A DNA stretch of 64,000 nt from Octopus vulgaris (lineage: Eukaryota), in assembly GCA_951406725.2 (NCBI GenBank), contig OX597840.1, positions 27,528,001 to 27,592,000 of the forward strand. The letters are read 5' to 3'. This document shows, piece after piece, positions 27,885-42,264 of the stretch; position 1 is the stretch's first letter; every line of letters starts with the position of its first letter. The notes under the pieces were generated by a model, which saw nothing but the letters and a program-made list of their open reading frames with translations, did no database searches and was not told the origin of the DNA. The translations under genes were made by a program, and so were the position numbers.

Positions 27885-28412
27885 TACACATACGTCTTTC
27901 AAGTAATATAAATTAATTACTATTTAGAATGTAGGAGTGAAAATGTTATTGTTATTGTATTAATTATGATATTTAAATGCAATTACCTAAAATATATAGA
28001 AAGGATATTAAAAATTTAACAGGAATTTGGTAATTAAAGGTAACAGAAGACGAATGAAAACAAACAGCTGCAAAGAATGTGAGAACTTGGAACAATGGAA
28101 TATTCACAGAATTAATGAAGAATGGAATGAAAGAATGGAAAACAAGAGATATGGAATCTGTAGTGTTGTATCTATGTTTGAAATGTGGAGGGGCCGACTT
28201 TAATGTCATTGGTGGTGTATGATAATGACGACGGATGTGGTGGTGTTTGTGGTGGTGGTGGTGGTGAAGGAGAGGATGAGACAGGTGGGGTGGTGGTGGG
28301 GTGGTGGTGGTAAGATGTCCGCACGATGGAAGATACGAGGTTATAATGGTGACAGCTTTTAATGGAAACTGGCCAATGAGTAAGAGAGAAAGGAAGACGT
28401 CAGGGTGGAGAC

Positions 28413-28448
<36 letters not shown>

Positions 28449-28528
28449 GTGTGTATGTGCGTGTGCATGTGTATATGTGTGTATATATATATGTGTGCGT
28501 GTATATATATACATATATATACACACAT

Positions 28529-28587
<59 letters not shown>

Positions 28588-28732
28588 TACATACATGCAT
28601 TCATATATATATATATATACATGTGTGTGTTTGTATGTGTTTATACGTATATATATAATACATATATACTTTCAATAAATGCATATATATATTTCATTTG
28701 CGAATTATGATATATGTGTGTGTATGCATATA

Positions 28733-28780
<48 letters not shown>

Positions 28781-28838
28781 TTTATGTATATGTATACGTT
28801 ACGATGTATGTATAATTATATATGAATGGATATTATGT

Positions 28839-28899
<61 letters not shown>

Positions 28900-29189
28900 C
28901 AAATACGTGTGTATATCAATGTTTGTCGGTGTGTATATGATATAAATGTGTACAGAGAGGGAGGTGAGGAGGAGGGAGAATGAAGAAGAATAGAAGAAAG
29001 AAAGGGAGTCGCTTGGGAGTCGTAGCTTGTCTTATGTTTTTACCTATATATACATATGCATATACATATATACATATATATGAATACATATATATACATA
29101 TATAAATATATATATATATATATACACATATATATATATACGCATATATATACATATATATACACATACATATACATATATATATATAC

Positions 29190-29273
<84 letters not shown>

Positions 29274-29476
29274 ACATACATATATGTGTATGTGTGTGCA
29301 AAATATGGGGGGGTTTAGTTCACTCTGCATGTGTGTATGTTTGTATTTATGTACGTTTCGAACTTCCCTCAATTGCCGTCACTGATTACATTTCAATTTC
29401 GTTTCATCGTTATCATTATCATTATTATTATTATCATTATCATTATTATTATTATCACCATTATTATTATAATCAC

Positions 29477-29537
<61 letters not shown>

Positions 29538-29695
29538 GTCGTTTTTGTTGTTGTTGTTGTTGTTGTTGGTGGTGGTGGTGTTAGTGTTCCTTTGGAAAAA
29601 ATTCTTACCCCTTTTCTTCTCATTTTAAGTACCTTGTTGTTACTCTCCCTACTACATTGCCATTCACGCTGCTGCTGTTACTGTTGTTGTTATCA

Positions 29696-29768
<73 letters not shown>

Positions 29769-29866
29769 TGTTGTTGTTTTTGTTGTTGTTGTTGTTGTTA
29801 TTATAAATATTCTTTCTCGTAGACCCCTAGTAGCAAATAAGGAAACGACCATTAATTTCATTATCC

Positions 29867-29926
<60 letters not shown>

Positions 29927-29934
29927 CATTATTG

Positions 29935-30034
<100 letters not shown>

Positions 30035-30314
30035 CATTGTTGTTGTTGCTCTTGTTGTTGCTGTTGTTGTTGTTACCATAATTGATGTTGCCATGGTTCC
30101 TATTACATTCCTCTCTGGCATTTGTTCGTCTTTATAATAATGATATTATTGTTACAATTATTGTTGTTGTTGTTGCTGCTGCTGCTGCTGTTGTTGTTAT
30201 TGTTGTTCGTGTTTGTTGTTTTTTTTTTGTTTATATATTTTGTTTTGTCAGTTCTTTTTTAATTTTGATGTTGTTGTTGTTTGTTTTGTTTTTTAATTAT
30301 TCTTATAGAGGAAA

Positions 30315-30863
30315 CTACCAAGTTCTTCCATTCAAGATGTAGGGTGACGTGCCGTTTAGGCTGGTGTTTGGGAACGAGAGTCCGTGATGTAAGTGAGATT
30401 GTGACATGCTGCCGGGGTTCAGACTGGCGGCACCCAGGCCGCCATTTGTGCTCTGCTGTTGCTGAAGTTTCGTAACCGAGCTGGCCACGTGCTGGGGTAT
30501 CTGCAGCGAGCTGCCTCCGTTGGCCGACGAAACCCCGGTGCTCGAGTTGTTCACTTGGTGACCCACGTGACCTCCTCCGCCCCCTCCTCCGGACTGCTGT
30601 TGCTGCTGTTGATTGCCACCCCCCACGGAACTATTGGCGTTGTGGCACGGCGAGTTGTCCCCTCCGCTACCCGATGTACAAGGTTTGCCGTCCTTCACCA
30701 GGACTGGTACAGCGACCCGACGAGGTGACGATTGACAGCGGTTCCCTGTCGACTGTTGTTGATTTTGGCTGCTCTGTTGAACTTGGTTCTGTTGTTCCAT
30801 TTTTTCTTTGTCCTTCTGCTGACGTTTACACTTGTAACGATGGTTCTGGAACCAAATTTTCAC
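30315..30863 (-). CDS. NKX2-1: NK2.1 homeobox gene, last coding exon (homeodomain helix 3, NK2-specific domain, C-terminal GRTW)
   Basis: Minus-strand acceptor TTTTTTTTTGCAG|GTG at 30864/30863. Reads [16 protein letters not shown] (Tyr54 NK2 signature), then [19 protein letters not shown] (NK2-SD), ending GRTW-TAG at 30315. 549 nt, phase-0 start. Confidence 0.96.
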   Translation of the reverse strand: MKIWFQNHRYKCKRQQKDKEKMEQQNQVQQSSQNQQQSTGNRCQSSPRRVAVPVLVKDGKPCTSGSGGDNSPCHNANSSVGGGNQQQQQQSGGGGGGGHVGHQVNNSSTGVSSANGGSSLQIPQHVASSVTKLQQQQSTNGGLGAASLNPGSMSQSHLHHGLSFPNTSLNGTSPYILNGRTW

Positions 30864-30906
30864 CTGCAAAAAAAAAAAAGACAAATGGAAAATATTAACA
30901 GAAAAT

Positions 30907-31260
30907 CAGAAATATTAAATTTCTAAACATTTCATAGAGATATTTACGGTGGTGGGGCGGTAGAGTGGTTGTATACTGTCAACTTAACGTGACAGTCCTG
31001 TAAGGGAATTACACCACCGCTGTTTAGCCCTAGGAAGCATCGACGCTTCCTGTCGGCCTTGACACATTTCCTGTGTCCTTATATATTTACGAAGGAGAGA
31101 CAAAGCTGTTGGGGGTATTTGTCTCCCCTTCGTAAATATATAAGGACACAGGAAATGTGTCAAGGCCGACAGGAAGCGTCGATGCTTCCTAGGGCTAAAC
31201 AGCGGTAGTGTAATTCCCTTACAGGACTGTCACGTTAAGTTGACAGTATACAATCACTCC
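30907..31260. mobile_element. fold-back (hairpin) element, copy B
   Basis: 142-bp inverted arms 30963-31104 / 31118-31259 with 3 mismatches. Flanked by ATTAACAGAAAAT direct repeats (30894-30906, 31261-31273). Confidence 0.9.
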
Positions 31261-31764
31261 ATTAACAGAAAATATTAGCAGAAAATATAAAATCTATGAA
31301 AAACAAAAAAATGCAGGCGCAAATGTGGCTGAAATGTTAAGAAGGTAACTTCCGAAGCACATGGTTCCGGGCTCATTCCCGATGCGTGGCACCTTCGAAA
31401 GGTGTTTTTTACTATAGGCCCAGTTCGAATAAATCTTTGTGAAAGAGGAGAGAAGCGTGTCATACGCACACCGACACAATTCACAACGACCTCGAACCCA
31501 CAAGAGTAAACAAGAGAGACAGAGACAGGCAGAAACAAGGAAAATACCGCTTGTATTTGAATACTATGCAAATATTCTTTTAAAAAACTTTTCTTTAAAT
31601 TTTTCCAAATTTAATTGTTTTCCATACTTACAGTTGAAAAAGTTTCAATGACTGACACCGGTACTGAAATGTTCTTTATAAAATTATTTTAGCATTTTCT
31701 ATCTTGACTTTTTTTTCCATAGATATCAACTCGTGTGTTCCTTTTCAGCCTTCTGCATATATAC

Positions 31765-32106
31765 TGAGACCCCCTTCGGTCATGACTGACCATGGGATTG
31801 CACCGGGGAAGTTACACTCCTAGGCACAAGTCCGGGCAAGGTTGTTTATGGAAGACCAGTTGTCGCCCATGCATACCGGCCTCCCCTCTTCACTCCACAC
31901 CCCTGATGTTATCCAAGGGAAAGGCAAAGAGGGCCGATACAGCTTGGCAACATTGACGTCGCAACTCAATTTTACAGATGAGTGAACTGGAGTAACGTGA
32001 AATAAAGTGTCTTGCGCAAGAACACAACACGCAGCCCAGTCCGGGATTCGAACTCACAACCTCATGATCGTAAGCCCGACGCTCTAACCACTGAGCAATG
32101 CACCTT
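31765..32106 (-). mobile_element. tRNA-derived SINE family D
   Basis: tRNA-like head on the minus strand (GCTCAGTGGTTAGAGCG...GAGTTCGAATCCC). Shares its body with 58095-58380(-). Confidence 0.78.
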
Positions 32107-33193
32107 CACACACACACACATGTATGTATGTATGTATGTATGTATGTATGTATGTATGTATGTATGTATGTATGTATGCACAATGGGTTTCCATAGTGTT
32201 TCCATCTACTAAATTCACTTACTAAGAAGTGGTCGGCCCGGAGCTACTGTAAAAGACTCCGGCTCAAGATGTCACGCAGTGGAAGCGCGTGCCTCAGTGG
32301 TTAGGGTGTCGGACTTATGGTCGTAAGATTGTAGTTTCGATTCCCAGACTGGGCGCAGTGTTGTGTTCTTGAGCAAAACACTTCATTTTACATTTGCTCC
32401 AGGTTACTCCGCTTGCAAATTTGAGTAATCTTGCGACGGACCGGCGTCCCGTCCAAGGTGGGGAACATATGCGCCATGGAAACCAGGAAACCGGGCTTTA
32501 TGAGTCCGTATGATTCGAGAAGGTAACATATCTGTTGGCATGTCTCGAGAAGGAAAAAAAAACAAACAAAAAAATAAGATGTCACGCAGTGAGACTGAAC
32601 CCTTAGCCACGTACTTGCAAAGCGAGCTGCTTAACCACACAGCCATGTTTGCACCTATGGGTTCAGGTCGTTCACATTTTTTGAGAAGAATGGTAACCTG
32701 GTTGGTTCTCTCTTTCGAAAAAGGAAGATGGTTGCCTTTACACAGCTGTCACCTCATACTGTACATGTGCAAGCGCTTCAGAAGCCAACCGCATCCCTCT
32801 CTCCCACCCTTCAATTTCTGAATATGAGTTTGTGTGTGTGTGGATGTGTGTGCGAGTGTGTGCGTGTGTGTGTGTGTGCGCGTGTGTGTGTTTGCATGTA
32901 AGCCGTTTAGGACTACTCCCACACCCCGCATGGGACCATCCAACTGCACGTGTACGTAGGTGTAAATATGCAGCAAACAAACCCGGAACCACGTGATAGC
33001 ATTATAAATACAGGTGGTTAATATATATATATATATGTATATGCATGTGTGTGTGTATTTGTGTCTAAAATCTATATATATATATATATATACACTTATT
33101 TATATATTTTCACATGTATATACATATAAATATAATTGTTTGCATGTGTATGTATATATATAAATATATATGTATATATACATACATACATAT

Positions 33194-33224
<31 letters not shown>

Positions 33225-33268
33225 AATACATATATACATATATATATAGATAGATATATACATATACA

Positions 33269-33310
<42 letters not shown>

Positions 33311-33505
33311 TATATATATGCACATGTATATATACACACACACACATATATACATATATATATAGATATATATATACATATAAATATATACATACATATA
33401 TATATGTAGATATATATTTGCACATATATATATATTCACACACACATAAGCGTGCGTGTGTGTAAACGTATATTTGTATATATATATATAGTATGTATGC
33501 GTATG

Positions 33506-33591
<86 letters not shown>

Positions 33592-34469
33592 GGGCGCATA
33601 CACATATATATATATACCCATGTCAATTTAACAATTTAAACGCACTTATTGACACGATGTCTAAATCTGAGTACACAATGACACCGTTCTACGCATATAC
33701 ACTCTCGCACACGCACACACATATACTCGCACACATACACAACCACAAACACACATGGCCACACACACACACGCACACACACACACACACATATATATAT
33801 ATGTATGTATGTGTGTGTGTGTGTGTGTGTATGCGTGTGAGTGTATATAGCTATCTGGAGGAGTGAAGTTGTACCGAAAAGACAGTTATACACACACATA
33901 TAGAAACGAATAGATACACACTCACACACACACACACGTTGACACAGACGACACGCAAATAGACAGATGGACAGACTGAGCATGCGTGTATACGTTTGTG
34001 TGTATATATTTGTTGTCAGCTGTTGGACATAACAGTTACTGATAAAAATAAAAATATAAAAGAAACATTAAAAAGAAAAAAAGCAAACTGCTACATAACC
34101 GGAATTTATTGCTCCAGAATGGACTGAGTTCTGAAGCTTACAATTAACTAAAGCTTTAATTGGTAAAGAAAATGACAAAATTTTGCCGAATCCGTGATGT
34201 CCGGCGTAGGATTGTGAGACGGCTTTTTATATAACGACGGGTATTGGAGAGTGTTCGATATACCCGTATTTGCCTGTGGTGTTTAAATTCATGGTACTCG
34301 TTACTCTGAGTTCATTTAGGCCTACATTATGCAAATTACGTTGACCATAAATATATTCTACTCGTTTTCGTGGTCTGTTGGTTACTGGAAATAAGTCTGG
34401 ATAGCTGTCGTTCTGATGACGGTTATTGTGCCTGAAACACGACAGTCCTCTTATCTATAGATAATAAAA

Positions 34470-34756
34470 GGCGGCGAACTGGCAGAAACGTTAGCACACC
34501 GGGCGAAATGCTTAGCAGTATTGCGTCTGACGTTGCGTTCTGAGTTCAAATTCCGCCGAGGTCGACTTTGCCTTTCATCCTTTCGGGGTCGATAAATTAA
34601 GTACCAGTTACGCACTGGGGTCTATGTAATCGACTTAATCCGTTTGTCTGTCCTTGTTTGTCCCTTCTATGTTTAGCCCCTTGTGGGCAATAAAAAAACA
34701 GATATCTATAGATAATAAGCCAGTCTTTTTTTTCTTAATGACATGTCAACGCAACT

Positions 34757-34812
<56 letters not shown>

Positions 34813-35200
34813 ATGTATGTATGTATGTATGTATGTATGTATATGCATTTCAAAAAGACCAGCCTTGTCACATTCTGTGTCACGCTGAAGGCGGTGAGCT
34901 GGCTGAATTGTTAGCACACCGGGCGAAATGCTTAGCGGTATTTCGTCTGCCGTTACGTTCTGAGTTCAAATTCCGCCGAAGTCAACTTTGCTTTCATCCT
35001 TTCGGTGTCAATTAAATAAGGAGCAGTTACGCACTGGGGTCGATATAATCGACTTAATCAGTGTGTCTGTCCTTGTTTGTCCCCTCTGTGTGTAGTCCCT
35101 TGTGGGCAGTAAATAAATAAGAAACGTTAGCATGCCGGGGGAAATGCTTAGTGGTATTTCGTCTGTCTTTATGTTCTGAGTTCAAATTCCGCCGAGGTCT
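34470..35200 (+). mobile_element. cluster of SINE-B copies (monomer plus dimer)
   Basis: Monomer at 34470-34700. Second copy at 34890-35120 runs directly into a restarted unit (AAATAA|GAAACGTTAGC). Confidence 0.85.
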
Positions 35201-35324
35201 TCTTTGTAATGTATATGAATGGACTCTCCCGAAGGGAGAGTCCATTCATATACATCACGTGCCCTCAATATACTCGACACCCCAGATCTATAAGATTAAT
35301 ATCTTCGGTAATACCCACAGCCTC

Positions 35325-36145
35325 TCACTGTAACTGCCCCACTGAACTCAACTATACATTATATACCCCATCAGCTATTTCCTCCCCACCCGACGTCCAT
35401 AGGGATGACATCCCCGTTAGGGCTCCATCATATCTCAAAGTAACTGCCCCAGTGTACTCATCTCAGATACATGTGACTACACATCAGATTCACTCGCCAG
35501 CTATTTCCTCCCCACTCTAGGCCCATAAGGTTTGTCATCCCCGTTAAGGCCCCATCATCTTTCTCTGTAACCGCCCCGGTGAACTCATCTCAGGTACCTC
35601 TAACTGTCTATATATCAAGTACCCTCACCGTCAATTTATTTCCCTCAGAATCATAAAGCTAACATCTTCAGTATAGGCGCAGGAGTGGCTGTGTGGTAAG
35701 TAGCTTGCTAACCAACCACATGGTTACGGGTTCAGTCCCACTGCGTGGCATCTTGGGCAAGTGTCTTCTGCTATAGCCCCGGACCGACCAATGCCTTGTG
35801 AGTGGATTTGGTAGACGGAAACTGAAAGAAGCTTGTCGTATATATGTGTATATATATATATGTATGTGTGTGTTTGTGTGTCCGTGTTTGTCCCCCTAGC
35901 ATTACTTGACAACCGATGCTGGCGTGTTTACGTCCCCGTCACTTAGCGGTTCGGCAAAAAGAGACCGATAGAATAAGTACTGGGCTTACAAAGAATAAGT
36001 CCCGGGGTCGATTTGCTCGACTAGAGGCGGTGCTCTAGCATGGCCACAGTCAAATGACTGAAACTTGTAAAAGAGTAAAAGAGTATGACCCCGCCACCCC
36101 CCTTCACCTCTCTTACTGACCCACTGAAATCATCTCAAGTACCAC
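35325..36145. repeat. degenerate ~115-125-bp minisatellite split by a SINE-A insertion
   Basis: TAACTGCCCC...ACTCATCTCAG...CAGCTATTTCCTCCC...CATCCCCGTTA units at ~35331, 35441 and 35568, with a further remnant at ~36114. Confidence 0.7.
35676..36084 (+). mobile_element. full-length SINE family A
   Basis: A/B boxes, CORE-like CTTGGGCAAGT, internal (TA)n/(TG)n, tail GTAAAAGAGTAAAAGAG, possible AGTAT TSD. Other copies or fragments at 13143-13280(-), 31310-31440, 32180-32645(-, split), 40632-40825(-), 63180-63360. Confidence 0.88.
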
Positions 36146-36948
36146 AACCCGTCCTACTAACTAACCCCTCGTAGCAACCCTTCAATCTCACATCACTAAC
36201 ACCAACAACATCGACCATATCACCTGTTATTTAATTTTTTTTCTTAACAAAATCCCCTTCCACAATATTGCTCCCCCTCCCCCACAACGATGGTCACCGA
36301 GCCCTAAAATACTTTCTTAACCGTCACACATTCTCTCGAACGTCAACCTCAGCAGCCCCTACTCTCCTTTGCTTCATCCCCCCCACTAACCCACCCGCTA
36401 AAACGTAGAAATCCTCTTCTGCTTCTTCCTCACATTACATTTTGGTTTATTGACATAGTGGTCTTGTTCCTAGTCTAGCGACTGTTTTTGTTTTTAATTT
36501 GTCCATGTTATTTCTACTGACTCCTCTTGGATTAGGTATACATACGTATGTAAGTATGTATACGTATGTATGTATGTATGTATGTATGTATGTATGTATG
36601 TATGTATGTATGTATGTATATATGTATGTATGTATGTATGCCTGTATGTATGCCTGTATCTATGTATATATGTATGTATGTACGTACGTACGTACGTATG
36701 TATGTATGTATGTATGTATGTATGTATGTATGTATGTATGTATGTATGTATGTTTGTATGTATGTATGTACGTATGTATGTATGTATGTGTGTGTGTATG
36801 TATGCATATATGTGTGTATAAGCATACAAGTATATGTACATATACATGTATAAAAATATATATACACGAGTGTGTGTATACACACACATACAGATATATA
36901 TATATATGTGTGTGTGTATGTATGTATATATATATGTATGTATGTATG

Positions 36949-36987
<39 letters not shown>

Positions 36988-37416
36988 CACATTCCTCTCT
37001 CTTTATGTCTCTGTCTCTCCCACAAGTGGATATGGACGGACAGAGAGAGGGAAAGAATGTGTGCGAGAGAGAGAGAGAGGTGTGAGGGTGAGTGAATGAG
37101 TGAGTGAGAGACAGACAGACAGACATAAGTGTGTGTTTGTATTGTATGTGTACATATAGATTGATTCAGCGATGTCATTGTGGACGAGCAAACACGATGG
37201 CGTTATCAACAATCCTCAGAGAGTAATTAACACACAGCAGCGTTTACTTAACACCACACCAACAACTACAACCACTACTACAACGGCAACAACTACAAGC
37301 CCAACCCCAACAACAGCAGCACCAATACTGTTAAAAAAAACTTGTTATTGCTGTTGTAGTTATTAGTCTGTCTCTTGGCGCTCTGGTTTTCATATGTCTA
37401 AATTCACGTTTGGTTT

Positions 37417-37875
37417 TTTTATCGCCGGTTCAGTCCCCGATTATCTAGATCTATAATCAAAAGCGTTCCAGACGTGTCCACCACGTCTTTTTTTGGTGGG
37501 GTGGGGTGGTGGGCATCGAGTATCGGTTTGCTTAACCCTTTTAATACTAACCAACCTGAGATCATTCCTGGTTTTATAGCGCAAAATTCTCATTTCAAAG
37601 AATTCCAAGTGAGATCATTTTTTTGTCGGTGTGATTTTATCGCCGGTTCAGTCCCTGATTATCTAGATCTATAATCAAAAGCGTTCCAGACGTGTCCACC
37701 ACGTCTTTTTTTTTTTGGTGGTGGTGGTGGTGGTGGGCATCGAGTATCGGTTTGCTTAACCCTTTTGATACTAACCAACCTGAGATCATTCCTGGTTTTA
37801 TAGCGCAAAATTCTCATTTCAAAGAATTCCAAGTGAGATCATTCCTGGTTTTATAGCGCAAAATTCTCATTTCAA
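37417..37875. repeat. ~218-bp tandem duplication plus an extra ~45-bp sub-repeat
   Basis: ATCGCCGGTTCAGTCCC...GAGATCATT occurs at 37421 and 37639. Contains TTAACCCTTTT, a piggyBac-like terminus. Confidence 0.85.
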
Positions 37876-38200
37876 TCAAAACTTCTAGTTCCAAATACCA
37901 GCTTAATAACAATTATGTTACTTACTAAATTCTTCGTTATTTCCAGAGTTTGACACGAAAGAATTGTACTTCAACAGAAATATGCCAACAAAAAGCCTAC
38001 ACTGATCCAATATAGATATATATGCGCACATTTTGCCTATTGAATTTAAGTCGGTTGTCTGCTTTCGATTAGATAACAATGTGAAGACCCCAAATAATTC
38101 TTCGCAGGGTTCTTAAAACAAGTGTTACCTTAGTCTGCTGGCTGTGGACAGCTGAAGCTTTCCATCATACCCAGCAAAATAAACTGTGAGTTATCATCAC

Positions 38201-38273
<73 letters not shown>

Positions 38274-38331
38274 TAATAATAATAATAATAAAAATAATAA
38301 TGATAATAATAATAATAATAATAATAATGAC

Positions 38332-38403
<72 letters not shown>

Positions 38404-38409
38404 AATAAC

Positions 38410-38740
38410 AACAATCTAGCTCAGATGAAAGCAAAAGGGGCTGATTGCTACCTAGCTCAGATACCAAGAAACCCCAAAATGGCAGAAATTCAAAAGATAG
38501 TGCTCATGGGAACTGCCCATATCCTACGTAAAATACTATCTATGTAATCACAAATTTTAAAACAAACACATAATTTTCTTGTTTTCGTAAACATTCTCTA
38601 GAACAATACTATGTACAAAACAAATATATGACACCCTAGACATAACACCAACATGAACTTCCAACTTGTTGTCTCTTGAGGTCTCTGGGTGAGACTTGGA
38701 GCCAACTTGTACAAATATAAAGCAAAAGTCAAACATATAA
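38410..38740 (+). mobile_element. R4/Dong-like 3' end, second subfamily
   Basis: YLAQIPRNPKMAEIQKIVLMGTAHILRKILSM* followed by a 3' UTR and (TAA)n. Confidence 0.75.
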
Positions 38741-38748
38741 TAATAATG

Positions 38749-38797
<49 letters not shown>

Positions 38798-39695
38798 GAA
38801 GAAGAAGAATGGTGTCAAATTTTGACACAAGGCCAGTAATTTCAGCAGGAAGGGGGTAAACTGATTACATCGACCTCAGTACGCAATTGGTGCTTAATTT
38901 ATCGACCCCGAAAAGATGAAAGATAAAGTCGACCTCGGCGTAATTTGAACTCAGAATGTAATGAGGGACGAAATAACGCTAAGTGCTTTTCCCGGGTGTG
39001 CTAACGATTCTGCCAGCTTCATTGGATAAATTGCTGGTGAACAATTTCATCATATGTCAATGTGTGATGGAACTATTCAATCGAATTGTCACGAATTTTC
39101 CAATTTTACAAAAGAAATTTCTTCAAGTATCTGCTTTTATGAAGCATCTTACTGCTGACATTTAAATAGTCATCAGATCTGCTGATTCGCTACTATAGAA
39201 ATTTCTCAGAATTACATAATCTGCAAGGTGTAGTCCTATTCATTTGCAACTTCCCCAAATTTGCCAATGGCTATCGAATATAGACCCGTCTTGGGGTTGT
39301 AGGCCATCATACGATAAATAATACTAACATTCAAACATATATACGCATGCTGATAACCATACACAAATTTATATATAGACGGTATAATAAAACAGAAAAA
39401 AATAGTCACACAAACATATATATATATATATATATATACATATACCATTCCATATACATTGTATATGCATACACAGAGATATATTTATATCAATAAATAA
39501 ACATACAGATAAATAGCTAGAGACACATATATATACAGTTATACGCAAGCACACAGATGCACACATATGTACATATATACCCATATATGTACGCACACAC
39601 ATACACATTCATGAAAATAAAAGTTTTTCAAAAGACTATGTTGTTTTGTCTGGAAATCTCAAACGTAGACAGTGCTATTTCTACTGAAGATGCTT

Positions 39696-39787
<92 letters not shown>

Positions 39788-39839
39788 TGTGTGTATGTAA
39801 ATATATATATATATATATATATATACATACACATATATA

Positions 39840-39892
<53 letters not shown>

Positions 39893-39899
39893 CATACAC

Positions 39900-39930
<31 letters not shown>

Positions 39931-40068
39931 CATACACACACATACTCACACTCACATATATATATATATATGCATACATTCATGTATAATATACGTAACC
40001 TATACATATATATATTTGTACATATATCTTAACATATATTTACATAAGCATATGTGTATTTGTCTATG

Positions 40069-40118
<50 letters not shown>

Positions 40119-40835
40119 CGTGTATTTATGTGTGCTTATGTACGTATATATGTACGTGTTGTGTGCGCACAGTAACTATATTATTAGACAGAAGACGTCT
40201 TGACAATGTCTTAATTTGAAAAGAATGGCGAGGTCGAAACGATTTATCCAGCCATTTGCTTGTTAGTTATTTTCGGATAAGATAGATAATTGGGTACGTG
40301 TGTATATGCGTCTGTATGTATATTAGTTGGTAGGTAACAGTGAGCGTATGTATGTGTATACGTGCGTGTCTGTGTGCTTAGGTGCTTGTGTGTGTGGACA
40401 GAGGCAATCGCGTACAGTTCTTAACATACACAAAGCCACATATTCACTCACGTAGAGCGAAAGCAGTTCCAAACATACAGATCCAACTCATATACATATA
40501 GGCACAGAGACACAGAGGCACACGCATTTATATGCCATTGCAGACATGAAGTATTCTGATGAGATGAATATATACACTTACATAGAGTTACCTAGAAATT
40601 TCTTATTAATCTTTATATATATATATATATTCTTTTATTTGTTTATGTCATTTGACCGCGGCCATGCTGGAGCAGCGCCTTTTCTCGAGCAAATCGACCC
40701 TAGGACTTATTATTCTTTGTAAGCCTAGTACTTATTCTATGGGTCTCTTATACCGAACCGCTAAGTTACGGGGACGTAAGCACACCAGTATCGGTAGTCA
40801 AGCAATGTTGAGAGGACAAATATGGACACACAAAC

Positions 40836-40869
<34 letters not shown>

Positions 40870-41233
40870 ATATATATATATCCATCCTTCTCTAACAGAA
40901 GTCTATCTTACACCATTCTGTATCCACACATTACAAAGCCGTTGTCTATTAGGACAATGATATTAAAGAGTCGCCATCTTTGGCGCTTCAAACTAGTGCA
41001 GTATTTAGCCATCTTCACCTGACGGTTTTACTTCTAATCGTAGATAGTTGAGTGTCTACTGTTAAAAGAATTTCTCTAAAATTTGTTGAACTAGTTCATA
41101 TTTTATATAAGAGAATGAGCGAAAAAAAGAATCAAGACAAACGTGCGAGACGCACCTACGGCCGTTTCTTTATAGAACCGTTTAGAACGCTTTTGACCAT
41201 GAGCAAAATAATTGGGGTACATCTGGAGCTAAG

Positions 41234-42198
41234 TTAAATTAAATTAATTTTTTGGCTCAAAAAGCAAAAAGCAAGGCCATGTAGGGGGACATGGAGCTAT
41301 GTACAAGGTGGTGTTCATGTAAAGAGTTCAGGCCATTTCTGGTCAAGAGAGACTTTGAACAGAGCGGTCGTCGGCATCTTCACTATCTCGTCCGGCAGCT
41401 TATTCCACGGATCCGCAACCCGGACGGAGAAAGCCCCTCTCCTTCGATTGAGATGAAATCGTCGCAGATAGAGCTTTTCGGAGTGACCCCGCAGCCGACG
41501 CTCTGGAGCAGGAGTGAAGAACAGCTCTTTCGAGAGGTTACACTTTCCGCTTATGATGTTGTGAGGCCATGTAGGGGACAGGGAGTTATGTACAGGGAAG
41601 GTGATCATACAAAGAGTTCAGGCCATTTCTGGTCAAGAGAGACTTTAAACAGAGCGGTCGTCGGCATCTTCACTATCTCGTCCGGCAGCTTATTCCACGG
41701 ATCCGCAACCCGGACGGAGAAAGCCCCTCTCCTTCGATTGAGATGAAATCGTCGCAGATAGAGCTTTTGGAATGTAACCCCGCAGCCGACGTTCTGGAGC
41801 AAGAGTGAAGAACAGCTCTTTCGAGAGGTTACACTTTCCGCTTATGATGTTGTGAGCAAGAATGAGATCACCAAGAAATAAATATCTTGGGCCAGTAGAT
41901 ATCGAGGCACATCACATGAAGGTGTAAACAATAACAGGTATATATTGGATTGAAAATTCGAACGTTATCAATGCACTTCCAAGCCACATCGCCTTTAGAC
42001 ATGACAGACTTTCCACCATCGGACCAAATGATTCCTTCGAGTTTCTCTATCAACTTTAGAAACATTATTCGTGCCAGCGTTTGTTTAATATACAAGGGAT
42101 TCTAATGTGAGATACTATTAGTTTCATGCCCCAGAATGTACAATTATCGAACAGCTCTTTCGAGAGGTTTTTTCACTTTCCGCTTATGATGTTGTGAG
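41234..42198 (-). mobile_element. compound CR1/L2-like LINE 3'-end insertion (two tandem 3' fragments plus extra segments)
   Basis: RLRGHSEKLYLRRFHLNRRRGAFSVRVADPWNKLPDEIV...FKVSLD, a typical CR1-group ORF2 C-terminus, occurs twice (41274-41563, 41564-41856). (AATTT)n-like tail at ~41234-41250; GAGCTAA on both flanks. Confidence 0.82.
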
Positions 42199-42264
42199 CT
42201 AAACAGTAATAATAAAGAAAACTATTATGTGTTACATTTCGGGTCACGTTTAATTTTTACGTAC

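Larger units (their letters stand above)
30864..42264 (-). other. 11.4-kb GT-AG intron interrupting the homeodomain between Q44 and V45
   Basis: Canonical donor and acceptor; splicing restores LTPTQ|VKIWFQN. Confidence 0.93.
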
